DNA of 48,408 bases from a virus. Numbering within the stretch: position 1 is the stretch's first letter; every line of letters starts with the position of its first letter. This document shows positions 42,504 to 48,408 of the stretch, in pieces. The DNA lies in the IMG/VR virus record IMGVR_UViG_3300046615_000032; one strand, 5' to 3'. Both the position numbers and the translations under genes were made by a program. The notes below the pieces were generated by a model. That model did not search any database. It was not told the origin of the DNA and saw only the letters and a program-made list of their open reading frames with translations.

Positions 42504-42707
42504 GTGAGCACCGTGGGCGATCCGCTCCAGCTCCTGCACGACGTGCTCGGTGCCGAGGTCATCGAGGTAGCCACGTCGCCGCCTCCCGCCCTGTCGGGTA
42601 CTGGTGGAGCTCCTGGTCCAGAGGAGATCTCCGAGGCTCGTCAGGAGCTGCACAGCGCCGAGGTGCTGGAAGAGATCCCCGAGCTCCCGGACGATGACGA
42701 GGCTTGA
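42504..42707 (+). CDS. Possible small acidic protein
   Basis: GC3 about 75% by manual count. No clear SD. Start is uncertain (GTG at 42504 or 42513). Confidence 0.3.
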   Translation: MSTVGDPLQLLHDVLGAEVIEVATSPPPALSGTGGAPGPEEISEARQELHSAEVLEEIPELPDDDEA

Positions 42708-42902
42708 CGCTCAGCCGTCTTCGTTCACTGCCGGGCGACAGCCCGGACCCAGCCCGCTTCGCTCGCTGAGCCCTTCGCCGCTGCGTGTCTTCGACAGGTG
42801 GGGGGCTCCGCCCCCCTACTTCACCTCGCCGTCGAACCTCACTGTGTAGGTGTGAGCCAGGTCACAAGAAGAAGCCCGCAACAAGGCTGAGGGGGTCCGC
42901 GT

Positions 42903-43046
42903 CTCTATAAACGTAGAGGGCTAGCGCCAAGCGAGATGTTGGAGCCTGTCGGCTCCACTTCACGAAGACGAAGTACGTCAGTGCAAGTGGTGGGCCTGTC
43001 GGCCCCGCTTGTCGAAGACGTACTTGCACTTGCCTCTACGTAGAGG
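42903..43046. other. cos / terminase-recognition candidate region
   Basis: Two covarying hairpin repeats (42941-42956 and 42992-43005) are each followed by CTT..CGAAGACG. They are bracketed by CTCTATAAACGTAGAG and the palindrome CCTCTACGTAGAGG. The region is locally AT-rich and lies upstream of the HNH and terminase genes. Confidence 0.3.
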
Positions 43047-43140
43047 ACAGAGACTGCCCCCGAGTCGACAGCTACGAGCAGCTTGGTGCACGCACCAAGG
43101 ACGTCGTCGGGGGCTTCAGCTTCCACGTCGGGAGGTGCGC

Positions 43141-43455
43141 GTGAGCGGATGGCAGAACAGCAACCGGAGGGACAGACTTCCCCCGGACTGGTTCAAGATC
43201 CGGGCACGGGTACTTCGGCGAGACGGTCACACATGCACTCACCGCGACGCGAACGGCATCAGATGCACCGACCTCGCAACCGACGTGGACCACATCAAGC
43301 CTGGCGATGACCACAGCATGGAGAACCTGCGGGCTCTCTGCTCCTGGCATCACGGGAAGAAGTCCGGCGCTGAAGGCGCAGCCGCGAAGGCTGCGAACTG
43401 GCGACGGCAAGACAGGAAGTTCAGGCGGTCGGAAGACCACCCCGGACTTCTCTGA
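43141..43455 (+). CDS. HNH endonuclease (terminase-associated)
   Basis: GTG after a GGAGG SD. CTHRDANG...DVDHIKP...NLRALCSWHH motifs. Confidence 0.85.
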   Translation: MSGWQNSNRRDRLPPDWFKIRARVLRRDGHTCTHRDANGIRCTDLATDVDHIKPGDDHSMENLRALCSWHHGKKSGAEGAAAKAANWRRQDRKFRRSEDHPGLL

Positions 43456-43542
43456 GAACGCGGCTGCTCCTGGGGTCCTCTCCCCCGGTCGAGCGGCTGC
43501 TTGGCGTGTTCCCCGTCCTCCTCTCCGGGTCGAGCGCGCCTC

Positions 43543-43568
43543 GCCCCCTGGCCGAACTACCAGGGGGC
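43543..43568 (+). terminator. 9-bp stem-loop
   Basis: GCCCCCTGG pairs with CCAGGGGGC. It is preceded by two CCGG(G)TCGAGCG direct repeats. Confidence 0.4.
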
Positions 43569-43594
43569 TTGACTTCGATGGAAGGCGGTAACCA

Positions 43595-43825
43595 GTGAGC
43601 ATCTGGACCTGGCTCTGGATCGGCTGGCTCGCAGCCTTCCTGGGCATCGAGGGCGTCGCCCTGTTCAACAAGAGCAAGGACGACACCCTCTCCGAGCACG
43701 TCTGGAAGTGGTTCGGCACCTCGAAGCTGGAGAAGCCCTCGGGCTGGGTCCGGCTGCGGCGCTTCACCCTCCTCGCCTTCATGGCGTGGCTGTCGGTGCA
43801 CTTCCTGACGGGCGGCATCTTCTGA
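43595..43825 (+). CDS. Small membrane protein
   Basis: 76 aa, Trp-rich, two hydrophobic segments. Confidence 0.65.
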   Translation: MSIWTWLWIGWLAAFLGIEGVALFNKSKDDTLSEHVWKWFGTSKLEKPSGWVRLRRFTLLAFMAWLSVHFLTGGIF

Positions 43826-44196
43826 TGTGGGACCGGCGTGCGTACGTCGAGGCCGTCAAGGACGGCGACACCCTGGAGGTGCGGCTCGACCAGGGCTTCG
43901 GTGACACGAAGACCCTGGCGCTGCGCCTCTACTCCACGTTCGCTCCCGAGCACGACGAGCCGGGCGGCAAGGAGACCCGCGACTTCGTCCTGGACTGGCT
44001 GAACCACGCCGATCCGGACGGCGACGAGTGGCCCTTCGTGGTCACCACGGTGCGGATCAAGTCCGGCGCACATGAGGTGACCACCCTCGGGCGCTACGTC
44101 GGCATCCTGCACGACGTCGAGGGGCGCTGCCTCAACGACGACATCAACGACTTCGTAGCCAAGAAGGGCTACGGACGCGGCATCGGTAGCAAGTAG
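43825..44196 (+). CDS. Staphylococcal-nuclease-like (thermonuclease-fold) protein
   Basis: VKDGDTLEVRL...LRLYSTFAPE pattern. TGATG overlap: the stop (43823-43825) and the ATG share one base. 123 aa. Confidence 0.5.
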   Translation: MWDRRAYVEAVKDGDTLEVRLDQGFGDTKTLALRLYSTFAPEHDEPGGKETRDFVLDWLNHADPDGDEWPFVVTTVRIKSGAHEVTTLGRYVGILHDVEGRCLNDDINDFVAKKGYGRGIGSK

Positions 44197-44199
44197 GAG

Positions 44200-44637
44200 G
44201 TGAGCCAGGTGCCAGGACCCGTACCCAACCGAGAAGCCGACCTGGCTCGCCCCCGCGAGCGCAAGGGGTCGGACGTTCAGCCCGTGACCCGAGGCGAGAT
44301 GCGGCCCACGAAGATCCCGAACGCGGATCGAGAGTGGCACCCCATCGCCCGGCGTCTGTGGGACTCCCTGAAGACGTCCGGCCAAGCCGACTTCTACCAG
44401 AACAGCGACTGGGCCTTCGCCTACTCGCTGTGTGAAGACCTCTCCGTCTACAAGAAGTCGGGGAAGCGCAGCGGCCAGATGCTCCAGACCATCTACTCCA
44501 GCTTCGAGCGACTGCTCGTTGCGGAGGGCGACCGACGTCGTGTCCGCATCGAACTGCATGAGCCCGAGGACGAGGGAGACACCGCGTCCGTGGTCGCCAT
44601 CGCCGACTACAAGAAGGAGCTGGGGCTCGCCGAGTAA
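44200..44637 (+). CDS. Terminase small subunit
   Basis: 145 aa, immediately upstream of the large subunit. The N-terminus recalls P27-family small terminases; this is from memory. Confidence 0.7.
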   Translation: MSQVPGPVPNREADLARPRERKGSDVQPVTRGEMRPTKIPNADREWHPIARRLWDSLKTSGQADFYQNSDWAFAYSLCEDLSVYKKSGKRSGQMLQTIYSSFERLLVAEGDRRRVRIELHEPEDEGDTASVVAIADYKKELGLAE

Positions 44638-44642
44638 CGGAG

Positions 44643-46298
44643 GTGAGCCTCATGATGGCCAAGCCGGTCATGACGACCGAGGAGATCGAAGCCCTCGAAC
44701 CGGAGTTCCACGGTCCTACGTGGATGCGGAACGAGGACGGCTCCTGGGTCCTGCCCGAGCGCACGCTCGGCTGGCAGATCGCAGGCTGGTGCGCTGAGTA
44801 CCTGAACGCCGAGAACGGCGGTCCCTGGCGGTTCACGAAGGAGCAGCTTCGCTTCGTCCTGTGGTGGTACGCCATGGACGAGACGGGTCGCTTCGTGTAC
44901 CGCAAGGGCGTACTCCAGCGCCTGAAGGGCTGGGGCAAGGACCCGCTCCTCGCCGTGATCTGCCTGGTCGAGTTCGTCGGGCCGTCGCGCTTCTCCCACT
45001 GGGATGCCAACGGTGACCCTGTCGGCGTACCTCACCCGCAGGCGTGGGTGCAGATCGCTGCCGTGTCTCGGGATCAGACCCGGAACACGATGACTCTGAT
45101 GCCGTCGCTCATGTCGGACAAGCTCATCAACACCTACGGCATCAAGGCCGGGGCCGAGCTGATCCGAGCGAACGGCGGACGTCAACGGCTCGAAGCCGTG
45201 ACCTCCAGCTTCCGTGCTCTTGAAGGTGGCCGGTCCACCTTCGTCGTGCTGAACGAGACCCATCACTGGGTCCGAGGCAACAACGGCGACAAGATGTACG
45301 AGACGATCGACGGTAACGCGACCAAGAAGGACGCGCGCTACCTGGCGATCACCAACGCCTACCTGCCCGGCGAGGACTCTGTCGCTGAGCGGATGCGGGA
45401 AGCGTTCGAGAAGATCCGCGAGGGTCGAGCTCTGGACATCGGCTTCCTGTACGACTCGATCGAGGCGCACCCGAAGACACCCCTCTCCCCCGAGGCGCTG
45501 CGCATCGTCCTCCCCAAGATCCGGGGAGACGCGATCTGGCTGAAGGTGGAGACCATCATCCAGTCCGTGCTCGACACGACGCTCTCCGCGAGCCGGTCTC
45601 GACGCATGTGGCTCAACCAGATCGTGGCTGAGGAAGACGCCCTCTACGGCCCTGCCGAGTGGGACGTGCTCCGCGACGAGCGCCTGACACTGAAGCCCGG
45701 TGACGAGATCACCCTGGGCTTCGACGGTGGCAAGACCGACGACGCAACCGCCCTGGTGGCGGTCCGCGTCAAGGACATGGCCTCGTTCGTGCTCGGGATC
45801 TGGGAGAAGCCAGACGGTCAGGCCGGTGACGGGTGGATCGTGCCTCGCGCTGCCGTCGACTCGGCGGTGCACGACGCCTTCCAGACCTTCACGGTCGTCG
45901 GCTTCTTCGCCGACGTCGCCCTCTGGGAGTCCTACATCTCCGAGTGGGATGACGCCTACGGCGAGAGCCTGTCGGTCAAGTCCCCCCTCGGGAAGGACTC
46001 GATCGGCTGGGACATGCGTGCGTCGCAGAAGACGTCGACCATGGCCCACGAACGCCTGATGCGCTCGGTCTTCGACAAGAAGCTGAAGCACGACGGTGAC
46101 CTGACCCTGCGACGCCACGCCCTCAACGCGCGCCGGGCGACGAACAACTACGGCATCGGCTTCCGCAAGGAGAGCAAGGACTCTCCTCGCAAGGTCGACG
46201 CCTACGCCGCCCTGATGCTGGCGCATGAGGCGCTGGTCGAGCTCCGAGCTCGCGGCAAGAAGACCAAGAAGCGGACCGGTCGCGGGTACTTCCTGTGA
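44643..46298 (+). CDS. Terminase large subunit
   Basis: 551 aa. KGWGKD Walker-A-like and VVLNETHHW Walker-B-like motifs. Position fits. An alternative ATG start lies at 44652. Confidence 0.9.
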   Translation: MSLMMAKPVMTTEEIEALEPEFHGPTWMRNEDGSWVLPERTLGWQIAGWCAEYLNAENGGPWRFTKEQLRFVLWWYAMDETGRFVYRKGVLQRLKGWGKDPLLAVICLVEFVGPSRFSHWDANGDPVGVPHPQAWVQIAAVSRDQTRNTMTLMPSLMSDKLINTYGIKAGAELIRANGGRQRLEAVTSSFRALEGGRSTFVVLNETHHWVRGNNGDKMYETIDGNATKKDARYLAITNAYLPGEDSVAERMREAFEKIREGRALDIGFLYDSIEAHPKTPLSPEALRIVLPKIRGDAIWLKVETIIQSVLDTTLSASRSRRMWLNQIVAEEDALYGPAEWDVLRDERLTLKPGDEITLGFDGGKTDDATALVAVRVKDMASFVLGIWEKPDGQAGDGWIVPRAAVDSAVHDAFQTFTVVGFFADVALWESYISEWDDAYGESLSVKSPLGKDSIGWDMRASQKTSTMAHERLMRSVFDKKLKHDGDLTLRRHALNARRATNNYGIGFRKESKDSPRKVDAYAALMLAHEALVELRARGKKTKKRTGRGYFL

Positions 46299-46328
46299 CA
46301 GTGAGACCAACGGAAGGACGGTGGGCCT

Positions 46329-47762
46329 GTGGCTGACACCTCCCCGGCGTCGCTGGCCAAGCAGCTCCTCGCGATCCTTCATCGGGACGGCGACCGGCTG
46401 CGACGCATCGACGCCTACAACCAGGGCAAGCATGACGACCCCTACATGCCGCCCCAGGCGGACGACGAGTACCGGCTACTGGCCCGGAGGGCAGTGTCCA
46501 ACTGGATGCCCCTCCTGGTCGGCACACCGGCTCAGGCTCTGTACGTCGATGGCTTCCGTCGAGGACAACTCGGCGAGACCATCGCAACTTCCGAGCCTGA
46601 GTCCGCGTCTCTGGAGTGGAAGCACTGGCAGCGGTCGCGGCTCGACGCCCGGCAGTCTGCGGTGTACCGGGGCGCGCTGGCCTTCGGTCACAGCTTCACG
46701 CTGACCGAGAAGACCAAGAAGGGCGTCATCACCAAGGGCCTGTCGGCCATGCGGACCGCTGCCCTGTTCGAGGACCCGGCGAACGACGACACGCCCTACG
46801 CGGCGTTGACCGTCACGGCCTGGGCCAAGGATGACGTCCCCGGCAAGGCTCGCCTGTTCGACGGCAAGTCCGAGTACCAGGTCACCTTCAAGTCCCTCTC
46901 GGACCTGAAGGGTGTGACAGTGGGTGCGGGCAAGCGTCACGGCGCGAGCGAGTGTCCGGTCACCCGGTTCGCTGCGTCGGTCGACCTCGAAGGCCGTACG
47001 ACCGGCGTGATCGAGCCGATGATCGCGCTTCAGAACCGCATCAACCAGACCATCTTCGATCTCCTGGTCGCCCAGACGTACACCTCGCATGAGGTGCGGT
47101 ACGCGACCGGCATGGCCCCTCCCATCGAGCGGGACGAGAACGGCGATCCGGTCCTGGATGAGAACGGCCAGCCCAAGGCCATCCCGATGAACCACAACTC
47201 CCGGCGCTTCCTGTTCGCCGAGGACGCGGACGTGAAGTTCGGCTCACTGCCGGGCGGTCCGATCGGTGGCCTCATCGAGTCCGTCGACATGAGCATCCGA
47301 CACCTCGCGGCTGTCTCTCAGACGCCGCCGCACCACCTGCTGGGTCAGATCGCGAACCTCTCTGCTGAGGCTCTGCTCGCTGCCGAGACTGCGCTGTCGC
47401 GCAAGATCGCGGAGTTCCGGGCGTCCTTCGGTGAGAGCTGGGAGCGCGTGATGCGCCTGGCTGGGGAGATGGAGGGCGACATCACCTCTGCTGAGGACTT
47501 CGCTGGCGAGGTCATCTGGCGGGACATGGAGCAGCGTTCGCTGGCTCAGGCCGCTGACGCTCTCGGCAAGCTGAAGGAACAGCTCGGCATCCCTGCCCGT
47601 GGTCTGTGGAAGCGCGTGCCTGGGGTCACCCAGACCGAGCTCGAAGACTGGGAGTCGATGCGCGAGGACGATGACCCCATCGGTCAGCTCGCCTCCTCGA
47701 TCACCCGTGCAACCCCTGACCCGACGCCGATCTCCGCTACCCCGGAGGTGGCTGTCGAGTGA
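46329..47762 (+). CDS. Portal protein
   Basis: 477 aa, directly after the large terminase and before the MuF-like gene. Confidence 0.9.
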   Translation: MADTSPASLAKQLLAILHRDGDRLRRIDAYNQGKHDDPYMPPQADDEYRLLARRAVSNWMPLLVGTPAQALYVDGFRRGQLGETIATSEPESASLEWKHWQRSRLDARQSAVYRGALAFGHSFTLTEKTKKGVITKGLSAMRTAALFEDPANDDTPYAALTVTAWAKDDVPGKARLFDGKSEYQVTFKSLSDLKGVTVGAGKRHGASECPVTRFAASVDLEGRTTGVIEPMIALQNRINQTIFDLLVAQTYTSHEVRYATGMAPPIERDENGDPVLDENGQPKAIPMNHNSRRFLFAEDADVKFGSLPGGPIGGLIESVDMSIRHLAAVSQTPPHHLLGQIANLSAEALLAAETALSRKIAEFRASFGESWERVMRLAGEMEGDITSAEDFAGEVIWRDMEQRSLAQAADALGKLKEQLGIPARGLWKRVPGVTQTELEDWESMREDDDPIGQLASSITRATPDPTPISATPEVAVE

Positions 47763-48408
47763 CGACTGCTTCTCGCGCCAAGGAGGCCGAGGAAGCAAGC
47801 GTCGCGTTCCAGATCGCTCTCACCCAGATCGGCGTGAAGACGGTCGAGGAAGCACTGAAGTTGTGGGCCGAGGTCCCCGTTACCGCGCGGGCCTCGACCT
47901 CCAACTCCTGGCTGAAGAAGGCCATCACGATGGTGATGACCAGGCGGCGCATGAGCCGCGACCTGGCCAGGGCGTACTACCGGCTGGCCCGCGCACTGCG
48001 GACCGGCACGACCGTCGCTGATCCGTACCACCCCGAGCCCACCTACGTGACGCTCGACTCCCTACGTCGTGAGTTCGCCTCCCTGGCTGGAGGCTCTGAG
48101 CAGCCCCAGGAGGGCCGCACAGAGTCGGCCCCTACCGAGGAGACCAGCTCCGACTCCCAGCCCGCTCAGCCCCCCAAGGCGGACGGCCCTGACGCTCCTG
48201 CGGACGAAGACTCCGAGGACGCAGAGGCCGACCGCATCTTGGTCGAGGAGCTGGAGCGGCTGAAGGAGGACGAGGAACGGATCGAGCGCGAGGCAGAGGC
48301 CGAGCTGAGGGAAGCCCTTCAGAACCTCGGACCCAACAACCTCGCGAAGAAGCAGCGCGACATCGACCCCGAGGCACCGGCCAAGGACGTGGACAGGCTC
48401 CGCGACGA
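47759..48408 (+). CDS. MuF-like minor head protein, N-terminal part (continues at 128..599 of the circular sequence)
   Basis: GTGA overlap with the portal stop. The frame stays open to the window end and is in frame with 3..599. Confidence 0.85.
   Translation, partial: MTTASRAKEAEEASVAFQIALTQIGVKTVEEALKLWAEVPVTARASTSNSWLKKAITMVMTRRRMSRDLARAYYRLARALRTGTTVADPYHPEPTYVTLDSLRREFASLAGGSEQPQEGRTESAPTEETSSDSQPAQPPKADGPDAPADEDSEDAEADRILVEELERLKEDEERIEREAEAELREALQNLGPNNLAKKQRDIDPEAPAKDVDRLRD
48282..48408. repeat. Terminal overlap, exact copy of 1..127
   Basis: Identical to bases 1-127. Confidence 0.95.

Overview
The window is a complete genome of about 48,281 bp. The first and last 127 bp are identical, so this is a circularised assembly opened inside a head gene. 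It looks like a temperate, high-GC siphovirus of an actinobacterial (Streptomyces-like) host. All functional calls rest on motifs I recognise in the supplied translations and on synteny; no database search was run.

Layout:
- A rightward late operon runs 43.1-48.4 kb and continues at 0-17.5 kb. It holds an HNH endonuclease, small and large terminase, portal, MuF-like protein, scaffold, capsid, connectors and major tail protein. It continues with tail chaperones (with a -1 frameshift), a 1370-aa tape measure and minor tail proteins. It ends with a collagen-like fibre, an HxH-repeat fibre with an S74-type chaperone domain, an amidase endolysin and a holin-like protein.
- A rightward early/regulatory arm runs 17.6-31.5 kb. 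It starts with a truncated Lsr2-like gene divergent from an HTH gene. It then holds a Cas4-like exonuclease, dCMP deaminase, DnaB-like ATPase, resolvase-like nuclease and a primase in two frames. It continues with a metallophosphoesterase, a sigma-like reading frame interrupted by one in-frame TGA, a class II RNR, a full Lsr2 and a serine integrase.
- A leftward arm runs 31.5-42.5 kb with about 30 small genes, including ThyX, a dNMP kinase, an HNH endonuclease, a GNAT, a lysozyme-like protein, and acidic and secreted proteins.

Most unusual observations:
- Ten 40-nt tRNA-like acceptor/T-arm minihelices, with compensatory stem changes, punctuate the leftward small-gene array (36.4-41.4 kb).
- The strand-co-oriented 10-mer TGTGACAGTG is strongly over-represented (at least 11 exact copies). 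It often forms motif / tetraloop hairpin / GAGAGGAG-SD leader modules.
- An A-depleted 0.85-kb non-coding region (41.4-42.3 kb) carries 26-bp direct repeats and CTTGC(AC) motifs.
- A repeat- and palindrome-rich, locally AT-rich, cos-like region lies at 42.9-43.05 kb.
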